DNA of 44,471 nt from a virus (taxonomy: Duplodnaviria; Caudoviricetes), in the IMG/VR virus record IMGVR_UViG_3300037762_000489, positions 1 to 44,471 of that record. One strand, 5' to 3'. Each line of letters opens with the position of its first letter. Position 1 is the first letter of the stretch. Position numbers and translations under genes: made by a program. A model generated the notes under the pieces. That model worked only from the letters and a program-made list of their open reading frames with translations. It was not told where the DNA came from and made no database searches. Positions 1 to 7,375 of this stretch are shown piece after piece.

Positions 1-159
1 ATCCGCCAGGAACTGGTCGAGACCTTGCGGCAAGTGCCGATGTCCAGGACTACCTTCGGGTCGCTCTCGTGGTAGAGCACCACCAGGTCCACCCCAACCT
101 TGTCCGGCTGGCGGCGGCGGTCGATCTTGAAACCGTAAATCACGTTCTGAGGGGCATTC
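1..159. repeat. Terminal redundancy (copy 1) indicating a circular or circularly permuted genome
   Basis: Matches 44313-44471 except at positions 17 (T vs A) and 33 (A vs G); exact over 34-159 (126 bp). Confidence 0.95.
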
Positions 160-1028
160 CGCCGGAGATGATCCCCGTACAGGCGCACCTTGAGTTCAAT
201 TTTGGTCCGCAGTTCAGAGAGCATTACAAAGCCCTCGCTCCATTCCAGCGCCCCGGCCTGGACCGGGAGGAGGATAATCTCATTGCTCTCAATCCGCTTC
301 ACCGGCGGCGTGTGGACCAGCCCGGCGAAGCAGGAAAGTATGAACCGGTTCATAATCCGGGCGTCAGTCGGGGCCGGGAGGAGCGCTACCGGGGGCTGCC
401 AGCCCGTGACCGGGGGCAGGAGCAGGGGGCCAGCTTCCGGCGCGTCATCCAGGTCACAGGTCAGGCAGGACCCGGACTCGTCGTAGCGGTCCAGCCATTG
501 CTGAGCGTCGGTGGCTTCCTGATCTTGCACCAGCGGGTGGCTCTTGCGGGCATACCAGGCCATCACCTGCTGCATCTGGTTGCGCAGCACCCGCCCCTGC
601 TGGTCCCGGTGCTGCTGCTGGAGGTCCAGCCGCCCGCTGTAGCTGTTGCCGTCCTGGAAGGTGACCTTGAAGTCGGTCTTGTCGTATGCGCCGTTGTCGG
701 GGGCAAATAGGGCCGCGTGGAAGATGAGCGCTTCGGCCTCTTCCAGCGTTAATTCCGTGTTGAGCTTCTCGTCAGGGAGATGGTCGCTCTCGCTCCACCC
801 AAAGACCACCTGCGCGATGGCGACCGGAGCCGCATGCTTACTGGCGATGTGTTCCCGCAGTGCGGAGACGAAGAGGTTCAGCGCGGCGAGTGTGGGGAAA
901 GACCCGACCTTGCCGGTGTGGAGCGCCTTGAGATAATAGCGGCCTGCCTCTTCCCAGGTTTCATAGGAGAGATGGGCGATAGAGAAGCTTTGTACGCGGG
1001 GAGAGTTGTGATATACTGAGGTTGCCAT
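1..1028 (-). CDS. First gene of the early operon, about 386 aa, LPD25-like domain protein; spans the circular junction and continues at 44312-44180
   Basis: Missed by the ORF track because it runs off the edge. AAGGA RBS then ATG at 1028; translation MATSVYHNSPRVQSF...FGWSESDHL...GAYDKTDFKVTFQDGNSYSGRLDL resembles the LPD25 motif; in frame with 44180..44455. Confidence 0.75.
   Translation of the reverse strand, partial: MATSVYHNSPRVQSFSIAHLSYETWEEAGRYYLKALHTGKVGSFPTLAALNLFVSALREHIASKHAAPVAIAQVVFGWSESDHLPDEKLNTELTLEEAEALIFHAALFAPDNGAYDKTDFKVTFQDGNSYSGRLDLQQQHRDQQGRVLRNQMQQVMAWYARKSHPLVQDQEATDAQQWLDRYDESGSCLTCDLDDAPEAGPLLLPPVTGWQPPVALLPAPTDARIMNRFILSCFAGLVHTPPVKRIESNEIILLPVQAGALEWSEGFVMLSELRTKIELKVRLYGDHLRRNAPQNVIYGFKIDRRRQPDKVGVDLVVLYHESDPKVVLDIGTCRKVSTSSWR
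339..354. repeat. Dispersed palindrome A (TATGAACCGGTTCATA), copy 1, intragenic
   Basis: Exact 16-bp palindrome. Confidence 0.95.
990..1017 (+). promoter_or_regulatory. Candidate antisense promoter inside the 5' end of the first early gene
   Basis: TTGTAC-16 bp-TATACT with extended -10 TG. Confidence 0.55.
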
Positions 1029-1090
1029 TGGAAGTTCCTTTTCCGTGGACATGTCCTGGGAGTGTGTCACCACTCGCCGGGACGTTTTTT
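1024..1090 (+). ncRNA. Candidate cis-antisense RNA (about 65 nt) covering the RBS and start of the early operon
   Basis: Promoter at 990-1017, hairpin 1053-1083 followed by a T6 tract. Confidence 0.5.
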
Positions 1091-1102
1091 ATCGTTAGAA
1101 TG

Positions 1103-1137
1103 ATCTTACTCTATTTTCCTTGTTCTGTCAAGGAAAA
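1103..1137 (-). promoter_or_regulatory. Early operon sigma70-type promoter with overlapping operator
   Basis: TTGACA (1131-1126)-17 bp-TAAGAT (1108-1103); inverted repeat TTTTCCTTG-N6-CAAGGAAAA at 1114-1137. Confidence 0.75.
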
Positions 1138-1146
1138 CTTTCTATC

Positions 1147-1335
1147 TTATCTGGGGCCTCGCTTCTTTCTCCAGTCGCTGGCAATAAAGTCCAGGAAGGC
1201 ATCCCGGTCGATCATCCATACCGGGCCGAACTTCTCCGCTTTGATGCGACCATCTTTAATAAGGTCGCGTATCCACTGAGGGTGGATGCCAGAGAGTTCG
1301 CTTGCCTCTTTCACGGTGACGTATTCATCCGGCAT
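1147..1335 (-). CDS. Excisionase-like HTH_17 DNA-binding protein
   Basis: VTVKEASELSGIHPQWIRDLIKDGRIKAEKFGPVWMIDR pattern; start refined to 1335. Confidence 0.8.
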   Translation of the reverse strand: MPDEYVTVKEASELSGIHPQWIRDLIKDGRIKAEKFGPVWMIDRDAFLDFIASDWRKKRGPR

Positions 1336-1453
1336 GCACTCCATTGTAACATCCCTCGGCGGCGCGTGTGGAATTCCCATGCTTGACCCCTTTCTGCATC
1401 TTCTCCTATACTTTCTATAATCGATGGCTAATTATTTTCCCAGGGAGAATCTC

Positions 1454-2014
1454 ATGAAAGCACGTCTCTATCTGGTCCTGGTCGTTCTTTTTCTTGCCGC
1501 TGTCGCCTGTGTGTGCGGCGATACGGGAACTTCCGCCGTTCCTTCAGTATCAGGGGATGGAGGCGCTGCCCCGCCAGCTGCCACCAGTGTTCCAGCGATA
1601 GGGACCTCCCGTGACAACCCCGCCCCGGTTGGCGAGACGGTCAGCGTCCCTAACTTCGCCATCCTGGTGACCGCCATCACGCGCCCGGCGGATGATATTG
1701 TCGCTACCGGCAATATGTTCAACACAGAGCCGGAGCCGGGCCAGGAATATATCATGGTTGAACTCTCTGCCACCTGCCTGGTCGAAGAGTGCAGCTTCTC
1801 CACCTTCAACTTCAATGTCATCGACAGTTCAGGACTGGTCCACGATGCCCAGAGCTTCGTTTCCGGTGTGACCGGGATGCTGGACTCCGGGGACATGCTT
1901 TCAGGCGGCACACGTTCCGGGTCTGTCTTCTTCCTGGTTCCCCAGGGGGATGACGGCCTGGTATTGCGCTGGGATCCCTTCGTGGGAGATGAGATTTTCT
2001 TCTCCATGCAATAA
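1454..2014 (+). CDS. DUF4352-like lipoprotein (possible superinfection exclusion or lysogenic conversion)
   Basis: Hydrophobic signal with lipobox AVAC, GTSRDNPAPVGE motif, Ig-like beta pattern; GGGAGA RBS before 1454. Confidence 0.7.
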   Translation: MKARLYLVLVVLFLAAVACVCGDTGTSAVPSVSGDGGAAPPAATSVPAIGTSRDNPAPVGETVSVPNFAILVTAITRPADDIVATGNMFNTEPEPGQEYIMVELSATCLVEECSFSTFNFNVIDSSGLVHDAQSFVSGVTGMLDSGDMLSGGTRSGSVFFLVPQGDDGLVLRWDPFVGDEIFFSMQ

Positions 2015-2023
2015 CCGGCAGAT

Positions 2024-2039
2024 TATGAACCGGTTCATA
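2024..2039. repeat. Palindrome A copy 2, intergenic between convergent genes
   Basis: Exact match. Confidence 0.95.
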
Positions 2040-2081
2040 TTCAGTTGTTAAGGTGCAGACGGCCCGTGCGGGCCATCACTC

Positions 2082-2471
2082 TTACTCCCAGTGATCGAGC
2101 ATGGTGCTGGCTACGTTCAGGACCATCGTCTCGGCTTCCGGACCGGCAGCCTGGGCGCGGGCCATCAGTTTTGCCCAGCGGCGGGGGATGACCCCCTCCG
2201 GCTTCGTCAGACCCAGCTGCCTGGCGAAGACCTCCGGCGTCACGTCCAGCACCTCGATCAGCGCCCGGAAGCGTTTCCGGTAGGGCTTGTTAAATCCGCT
2301 TAACCAGTTGTAGACCGTCTGGTCAACTACACCGACCAGGGTCGCCAGTTCTGGGGCGCTCAGGTCCAGGCAGGCCATACGCCATGCCAGCCAGCGCTCG
2401 AAGGAAAGCGGCTCGGCCTCTACCTGCCGTTCACCCCTGCTGCCGTTTTCGGTGTGGAGAGGATTAAGCAT
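2082..2471 (-). CDS. XRE-family HTH protein
   Basis: LSAPELATLVGVVDQTVYNWLSGFNKP. Confidence 0.8.
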   Translation of the reverse strand: MLNPLHTENGSRGERQVEAEPLSFERWLAWRMACLDLSAPELATLVGVVDQTVYNWLSGFNKPYRKRFRALIEVLDVTPEVFARQLGLTKPEGVIPRRWAKLMARAQAAGPEAETMVLNVASTMLDHWE

Positions 2472-2697
2472 TTTTTCTCACTCCTGCGATCTGCGCTTCC
2501 AGGGAGGTGATGCCCGAAAGGGTGACCAGGCGATCAGCGTCCAGGATGTTCACCAGGAACTCGCGACCATCGACCATCACGAGCCGGACCTCAGTCTTAG
2601 ATAGGATTCCCATCACGACCAGGTGATCCGGGTTCACATAGATCAACTCGTTCTCAGTCGTCTTGAGTGGGATCAGCATCTCAGTTGCTTTCCGCAA
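2464..2697 (-). CDS. Small FlbD-like hypothetical protein
   Basis: LIPLKTTENELIYVNPDHL...LVMVDGREFLV pattern; coupled with neighbours. Confidence 0.5.
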   Translation of the reverse strand: MRKATEMLIPLKTTENELIYVNPDHLVVMGILSKTEVRLVMVDGREFLVNILDADRLVTLSGITSLEAQIAGVRKNA

Positions 2698-2899
2698 GCG
2701 ACCTCTGGTCGCCCCTCACCGGCTTTCCCAGCGCCGCCGCCTCTTGCGGGGTCAGCAGGCGCTCCTCCAGGTGGCGCTCGATATGGCAGTCTCGCGCATA
2801 GCATTTCGCCACCCGCACTTCCCACCAGGAGCCGGAGGCCCGGTCCGGGACGTATTTGGTTGACGGCAGCAGAGGCCGCCGGTGATAGATGCACTTCAT
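2681..2899 (-). CDS. Hypothetical protein
   Basis: AAGGA RBS before ATG 2899; operon context. Confidence 0.55.
   Translation of the reverse strand: MKCIYHRRPLLPSTKYVPDRASGSWWEVRVAKCYARDCHIERHLEERLLTPQEAAALGKPVRGDQRSLAESN
2695..2717 (+). repeat. Dispersed motif B (CAAGCGACCTCTGGTCGCCCCTC), copy 1
   Basis: Exact 23-bp repeat containing GCGACC-TCT-GGTCGC. Confidence 0.9.
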
Positions 2900-2969
2900 G
2901 CTGTAGTCCTTGCGCCTTGTGCCGCCTGGAGAGCCTGGAAGGAGTCTCAAATCCAGGCTCTCCTGACAA

Positions 2970-3161
2970 TTAAGGAGTGACGCGGTAGGTGTCCCTCGTC
3001 CGCGCCCCGGAGAAATGGAGAAGCGTTCTCCGAACGCCCCCCGCCTGCCGGTCAGGGCGAGCCAGCAGCCAGCAGGTCTGCCCTCTGCCGTTCCATTTCT
3101 CCGGGACAGGGGCGAAGCTAGGCCCCGTCTTCGTCATATACTGGATTGCCGCACTCGTCAT
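2970..3161 (-). CDS. Small hypothetical protein
   Basis: Operon context; start uncertain. Confidence 0.45.
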   Translation of the reverse strand: MTSAAIQYMTKTGPSFAPVPEKWNGRGQTCWLLARPDRQAGGVRRTLLHFSGARTRDTYRVTP

Positions 3162-3441
3162 AGCGCACCGGGTAACAAATAAAGCCGGTGAGCAAGGGCC
3201 TGTTCAGCGCCTGGTCGATCTCCTCCAGCAGGCAGCGTCCCCTGGCCGCCACCTCCCAGTAGCCGCCGTGTTTCGCCACTGTGCAGGCTTCCTTGACCAC
3301 CGCCCGCACGAAATGCGGGTCGCGGTGGGTGACGGCGATTGCCAGCCGGGTGAAGGCCGCCCGCTCGCTGCTGCGCTCCTGGGGGAAACCCTCGGCCAAC
3401 CGGCCTATCGTCTCGCGGATGTCCTGGGGGATATCTCTCAT
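3118..3441 (-). CDS. Hypothetical protein
   Basis: GAGGTG RBS and ATGA coupling to the upstream ORF. Confidence 0.65.
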   Translation of the reverse strand: MRDIPQDIRETIGRLAEGFPQERSSERAAFTRLAIAVTHRDPHFVRAVVKEACTVAKHGGYWEVAARGRCLLEEIDQALNRPLLTGFICYPVRYDECGNPVYDEDGA

Positions 3442-3572
3442 CGCTTCACCTCATCTCCGCAATCGGGACGGTCGATCCGGATCTCCGGCTGGCGCTGGGC
3501 GTACTTCCTCGCCAGGCGCAGCCCGGTCAGCGTTCCCAGGACCGTGAAGAAGGCTAAGATCAGGTCTCTCAT
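3438..3572 (-). CDS. 44-aa single-TM microprotein (not in ORF track)
   Basis: MRDLILAFFTVLGTLTGLRLARK...; ATGA overlaps at both ends. Confidence 0.65.
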   Translation of the reverse strand: MRDLILAFFTVLGTLTGLRLARKYAQRQPEIRIDRPDCGDEVKR

Positions 3573-3775
3573 GCCGCTGGCTCCTTCCCCTGCTCCGCGC
3601 CGGGCGTTATCCATTCAATCTGCCCCGTCACTCTGGCCTTCAGCGCCTCCAGCAGGCTGGGGTACTCAATCGAGGGGGTCAGGTCACTGTTGCGAATCCA
3701 GTAGTGCCTGCCGCCAACGTCAAAGGCCAGGGAGAATTCGCCGTCGGCCTGGGGGATGATGACGGTCTGGTTCAT
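3569..3775 (-). CDS. Hypothetical protein
   Basis: GGAGG RBS, ATGA overlap. Confidence 0.65.
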   Translation of the reverse strand: MNQTVIIPQADGEFSLAFDVGGRHYWIRNSDLTPSIEYPSLLEALKARVTGQIEWITPGAEQGKEPAA

Positions 3776-3969
3776 CGGACCTCCTGCACCTGTTCGTATT
3801 GGGCACTTTTGTGCTCATTCTGGGCCAAAAAAAATCCGTGAACCAGCAGGAACAGGTAGACCAAAGAACTCTCTGAGAGGCCGGTGTTCTCCGCTCTCTT
3901 CCGGATGAATTCCTTCTCGTTTTCGTTGACCTTCATGGTCACGGCAGCTTTGCGGGGCAGTTCAGTCAT
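3772..3969 (-). CDS. Ribbon-helix-helix regulator in the Cro position
   Basis: VTMKVNENEKEFIRKRAENTGLSESSLV; divergent from the CI-like gene. Confidence 0.7.
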   Translation of the reverse strand: MTELPRKAAVTMKVNENEKEFIRKRAENTGLSESSLVYLFLLVHGFFLAQNEHKSAQYEQVQEVR

Positions 3970-4006
3970 GTTCATGTCCCTTTGGGCACTTTTATGCTCA
4001 CGAACC

Positions 4007-4036
4007 AGCATATCATGGAACATGTATACCTGTCAA
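4007..4036 (-). promoter_or_regulatory. Leftward promoter for the RHH operon
   Basis: TTGACA-18 bp-TATGCT with extended -10 TG. Confidence 0.65.
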
Positions 4037-4141
4037 CCCCTTTCGGGTATACTGGCTTTTACAGAATTTGCGCGATTTGTGACGCACTATTGTCAGATCG
4101 CTTATACTGAGGAGCGAGGGGTGATTGAGGAAGAGAATGAC

Positions 4142-4528
4142 ATGGTTGCAGGCGAGCAGCGTCAGCTTGCGGAGTGGCTGGACAACATCATCGGTAAAGA
4201 TTTACCATACGCCAGCAACCGCGAACTCGCCAGTGCCAGCGGCCTGGCCCCCAACTCCATTCGTAAATACCGGCTTGGTCACGTCCCCACCTTAAAGAGC
4301 CTCCAGAAGCTGGCAGACGGCACGGGATACTCGGTCGAAGAACTGCGGCTCAGGGCAGTTGACGAGTTTGACGAGAAGCGCGAGCGCACTGAGGAACTTA
4401 AGGCACTGGCTAATATCCTGGAACGTCTCTCCCCATCCAGCATCAAGCATCTGCTTTCCCTGGCTGTTTCCCTCAAGGAACAGGAACTAGAGAAAGAGAC
4501 TGGCGGCCCTGATCGCAAAAGTGCCTGA
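4142..4528 (+). CDS. CI-like XRE-family repressor (no peptidase domain)
   Basis: SNRELASASGLAPNSIRKYRLGHVPTLKSLQKLADGTGYSVEEL; divergent switch arrangement. Confidence 0.8.
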   Translation: MVAGEQRQLAEWLDNIIGKDLPYASNRELASASGLAPNSIRKYRLGHVPTLKSLQKLADGTGYSVEELRLRAVDEFDEKRERTEELKALANILERLSPSSIKHLLSLAVSLKEQELEKETGGPDRKSA

Positions 4529-4615
4529 CTACGCGACAATAATTGACACAGTTAAGAACTTGCGTTCTATCACGATTTCGCCTATCATTCTGTTACTGGA
4601 ACTTTCGGTACAGAA

Positions 4616-4822
4616 ATGGAGGCGTGTTGCGTGGAAGATTTGATGACCCTGGCGGGGTCTCTATCGCTCGTATCTCTCAGAAAGTTACGCTATGCTGCGC
4701 TGCTTTTCCTGGTCGCTGATGGCAAGGCTACCGCCCAGGAGTGGCAGGAAATGCGTCAACTCAGGGTGCTTGTAAAAGCTAACCAGTTCGAGGCGAGGCA
4801 GGCTGTTAAGCAGGCAGCCTGA
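4616..4822 (+). CDS. Hypothetical protein
   Basis: Short ORF after the repressor, promoter-like sequence upstream. Confidence 0.45.
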   Translation: MEACCVEDLMTLAGSLSLVSLRKLRYAALLFLVADGKATAQEWQEMRQLRVLVKANQFEARQAVKQAA

Positions 4823-4851
4823 CCAAAATTCGCCTTTGATCACTTTTGTGC

Positions 4852-4881
4852 TTGATCAGCACAGGTGATCTGTGCTAGGAT
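4852..4881 (+). promoter_or_regulatory. Candidate rep promoter
   Basis: TTGATC-18 bp-TAGGAT with extended -10; GCACAG-N5-CTGTGC inverted repeat in the spacer. Confidence 0.55.
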
Positions 4882-4895
4882 AGGGATCGCATCGT

Positions 4896-4962
4896 AAAAA
4901 GCAAAACCGCCCGGAGGGAGGTAGTCACCCCCAGGCAGGTCAGCAATCCTTTAGGATTCGGC
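4896..4962 (-). ncRNA. Candidate counter-transcribed RNA in the rep leader
   Basis: TTGACA (4997-4992)-17 bp-TATCCT (4974-4969) with extended -10; terminator hairpin 4939-4907 followed by TTTTGCTTTTT. Confidence 0.6.
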
Positions 4963-5109
4963 TACTAAAGGATAGCACGACCTGTACTGAGTGTCAACTG
5001 CCAACCTCCTGGGCGGATGGTGGGGGGCGACCCTGCAAGTTTTACTTGCCGGTCGCTTGGTGCGACCTTCGCGGTCGCCGACCCCTTATCTTTCCAATGG
5101 AGGCATCGC

Positions 5110-6393
5110 ATGGCATTACCCCCGGCGGCCCTCGCCGCCCCACGTTACACCAAGATCACGGATCGGCTCCGGCTGTCCGGCAAGCTCCGCGCCCTCAGCA
5201 CGGGCAAGAGCGCCCTGCTCTACCTCTTCTTCGCCCTGCGTCAGGGGGTGGACGGCATCATCGAGGTCGGCTACCAGGCCCTCATGGAGGATACCGGGAT
5301 CGGCTCCCCCAACACCGTCAAGGCCAACCTCGACCGGCTTAAAAAGGCCGGCCTGCTTGAGGTCCTCGAAGACGGCGGCCCGGCAGGGGTCAGCCGCTAC
5401 CGGCTCATGGGCGGTTTCTCGACCCGGGCCGAGGGCATCCCTGACCCCTCATTTTCAAAAACTGATACACCAGCACCGGCCCGGCCAGGTGCTGACCCTC
5501 CCATCAACTCGCTTTCAAAAACTGTAGCGCCATTTTCAAAAACTGTAGTGGCATTAAAAGAGTCTGATGATGATCTTTATCTAGAGTCTAAGAGACTCTC
5601 ATCATCAGATCTTAATGCGGGATCAGAAACTGTAGCGCCATTTTCAAAAACTGTAGTGGCATCTCAGCCCCTCCCCCCGGAGCTTGAGCGCCTCGACCTC
5701 CCGGAGATCGTCGCGGCAGACTGGCAAACCTGGCTGGTCGCCTTCGGAGCCGAGCGCGTGATCGAGGCTGCCCGCTGGTATCACTGCGCCAGGGAGGGGG
5801 GGATTGCCCGTTCCGGCGGTCTTCTGCGCAGCTTCCTTGAGGACCAGCGCACCCAGGCCCCGGCGGGCTATGACGCCTGGGACTACCTGACAGTCGAGGA
5901 GCAGCAGGCCGCCGACCCGGAGCGCCTGGAACGAGACCAGCTTCGCCAGCTTGACCGGGCCGAATTGCGGGCCAGCATCATGGGCCTTGACGAGTCGCCA
6001 TCGCCCGGAGAAGCAGCCGGAAAGTATGAACCGGTTCATACTTCTCCGCATCAGGATGCCATCCGCCCCTGGCGACGTGCCTCAGAATCCAAACCATCCC
6101 CGGTGGCGAAGCCATCTCCTGAGCAGGTCTGGAAGACAACCCTGGGCGAACTGCAACTCCAGATGCCCCGCGAGACCTTTGATACCTGGCTGCGTTCATC
6201 GGTCCTGTTTGAATTCGACGAGACGACCAGCCCCGTGACCTACACCATCGGTGTGGCGAACGTCTACGCCAGGGAATGGCTGGAGCATCGCCTCAAGAAA
6301 GTGGTCCTGCGGACCCTGGGCCAGGTGGCCCGCGCTGCGGTCGAAGTAGGCTTCGTGGTTGTGGAGCGAGAACCGCTTCAGCGCCCGGCATAA
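5110..6393 (+). CDS. Replication initiator: N-terminal wHTH, internal iterons, C-terminal DnaA_N-like domain
   Basis: YQALMEDTGIGSPNTVKANLDRLKKAGLL (wHTH); VWKTTLGELQLQMPRETFDTWLR...IGVANVYAREWLEHRL (DnaA domain I-like); GGAGG RBS before 5110. Confidence 0.85.
   Translation: MALPPAALAAPRYTKITDRLRLSGKLRALSTGKSALLYLFFALRQGVDGIIEVGYQALMEDTGIGSPNTVKANLDRLKKAGLLEVLEDGGPAGVSRYRLMGGFSTRAEGIPDPSFSKTDTPAPARPGADPPINSLSKTVAPFSKTVVALKESDDDLYLESKRLSSSDLNAGSETVAPFSKTVVASQPLPPELERLDLPEIVAADWQTWLVAFGAERVIEAARWYHCAREGGIARSGGLLRSFLEDQRTQAPAGYDAWDYLTVEEQQAADPERLERDQLRQLDRAELRASIMGLDESPSPGEAAGKYEPVHTSPHQDAIRPWRRASESKPSPVAKPSPEQVWKTTLGELQLQMPRETFDTWLRSSVLFEFDETTSPVTYTIGVANVYAREWLEHRLKKVVLRTLGQVARAAVEVGFVVVEREPLQRPA
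5450..5662. repeat. Iterons, putative replication origin
   Basis: Four TTTCAAAAACTG units; exact 36-bp direct repeat at 5519-5554 and 5627-5662 around an AT-rich inverted repeat. Confidence 0.8.
6025..6040. repeat. Palindrome A copy 3, inside rep
   Basis: Exact; extends to 22 bp AAGTATGAACCGGTTCATACTT. Confidence 0.95.
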
Positions 6394-6420
6394 AAAACCT
6401 CTCGGTGCTGCCGAGAGGTT
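6392..6420. terminator. Intrinsic terminator between convergent genes
   Basis: AACCTCTCGG-tgctg-CCGAGAGGTT with an A-tract on the left. Confidence 0.75.
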
Positions 6421-6428
6421 GTGAGAAA

Positions 6429-6444
6429 TATGAACCGGTTCATA
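6429..6444. repeat. Palindrome A copy 4, intergenic
   Basis: Exact; extends to AAATATGAACCGGTTCATATTT. Confidence 0.95.
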
Positions 6445-6455
6445 TTTTAGAGGGG

Positions 6456-7313
6456 CTAGCCGAGTACCTTCACCTTGCCATTCTGCTCTATGATCCCTCT
6501 CTCCTTCAACTCTGAGAGGTCGCCATAGATGGTGCTCTCGCCTGCTCCGGTCTGCTCCCGGAGTCGCTCCACCAGTGCGGTGGTGGGCATTTCCTGGAGT
6601 TCCGGATCTGCTCTGAGGGCCTGGGGGATAAAGCGCAGGCGTTCTATCCGTTTCATCTTCCGGTCTGCTCTGGCCTGGGCCGGTGGGTACTGCGGGTTCC
6701 CGTTCTTCAGAGCAACCATTCTCTCTGTGCTGGAGGATTCGCGCTCGATTTTATGGACCGCCAGCACATGCTTCTGCTTACGTTCTCTGGAGTCGCGCTC
6801 CGACTCCTTCTGGAGCACATCAGTCTGGGTCGCTTTCCAGAGGTCGATCTCCAGCTTTGCCACCTCAATCTCTGCCCGCCGCCGGTAGCGCTTTACTTTC
6901 CGGTGGCTCTGGATGTTGCGCTCAGCGCTCTTGATCGCCTTCTCCCAACCGTAGACAATCGTGTCCCAGGTGGCTCCAGCCAGGGCCAGGCCGAGCGCGA
7001 CCCGCAGCGGCAGGGCCGCGATGCCCTCGCCGTGCGCCAGGCCGATAAAGACCAGGGCCACGTACATCACCCACACCCCGATCACATACCTGGCCTTCTG
7101 CTCAGGGCTGTCGCCCTTGTGCTGCTCAAGCTGGAGCCAGTTCCCGATGAAGACCCCTTCGATCAGGAAAACGCCGCAGCCGATCACCATCACCCCCCAG
7201 GCCGTCCCTATCTGCGGGAATACCCCCTGGATGACGGCAACAGTGGCGGGCGCTGTAATCCCAACCGCCGCGAGCTTCACCCCGTGCCATAAAAACTTCT
7301 CGTGCCATTTCAT
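6456..7313 (-). CDS. Membrane protein with about 4 TM segments, coiled coil and C-terminal HTH-like segment (DUF2637/Spd-like architecture)
   Basis: Four hydrophobic segments, charged coiled coil, LVERLREQTGAGESTIYGDLSELKERG; AAGGAG RBS before 7313. Confidence 0.6.
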   Translation of the reverse strand: MKWHEKFLWHGVKLAAVGITAPATVAVIQGVFPQIGTAWGVMVIGCGVFLIEGVFIGNWLQLEQHKGDSPEQKARYVIGVWVMYVALVFIGLAHGEGIAALPLRVALGLALAGATWDTIVYGWEKAIKSAERNIQSHRKVKRYRRRAEIEVAKLEIDLWKATQTDVLQKESERDSRERKQKHVLAVHKIERESSSTERMVALKNGNPQYPPAQARADRKMKRIERLRFIPQALRADPELQEMPTTALVERLREQTGAGESTIYGDLSELKERGIIEQNGKVKVLG

Positions 7314-7375
7314 GATACAATCTCCTTGTCTATTGGTGGTCACGTCCGGGTTCTACCCGGCGTGGCCGCTTCTTT

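Larger units (their letters stand above)
3800..4854. promoter_or_regulatory. Four operator-like pseudo-palindromes, consensus TGRGCAC-TTTT-RTGCTCA (3800-3817, 3983-4000, 4510-4527 reversed, 4837-4854)
   Basis: Repeated 18-bp motif next to the leftward promoter and overlapping the -35 of the rep promoter; the last two copies are degenerate. Confidence 0.65.

Noticed and set aside
1-159. True direct terminal repeats of a linear virion genome
   Set aside because: The overlap cuts through a gene and its exact part (126 bp) fits an assembler k-mer overlap, so circular assembly is the simpler reading
980-1028. Apparent frameshift at the start of the LPD25-like gene
   Set aside because: Recounting the G-run at 998-1001 shows ATG 1028 is in frame with the long ORF
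1147-1335. Functional excisionase with att site
   Set aside because: No integrase or att-like tRNA fragment is seen; three HTH_17 proteins sit next to operator-bearing promoters, which fits a regulatory role better
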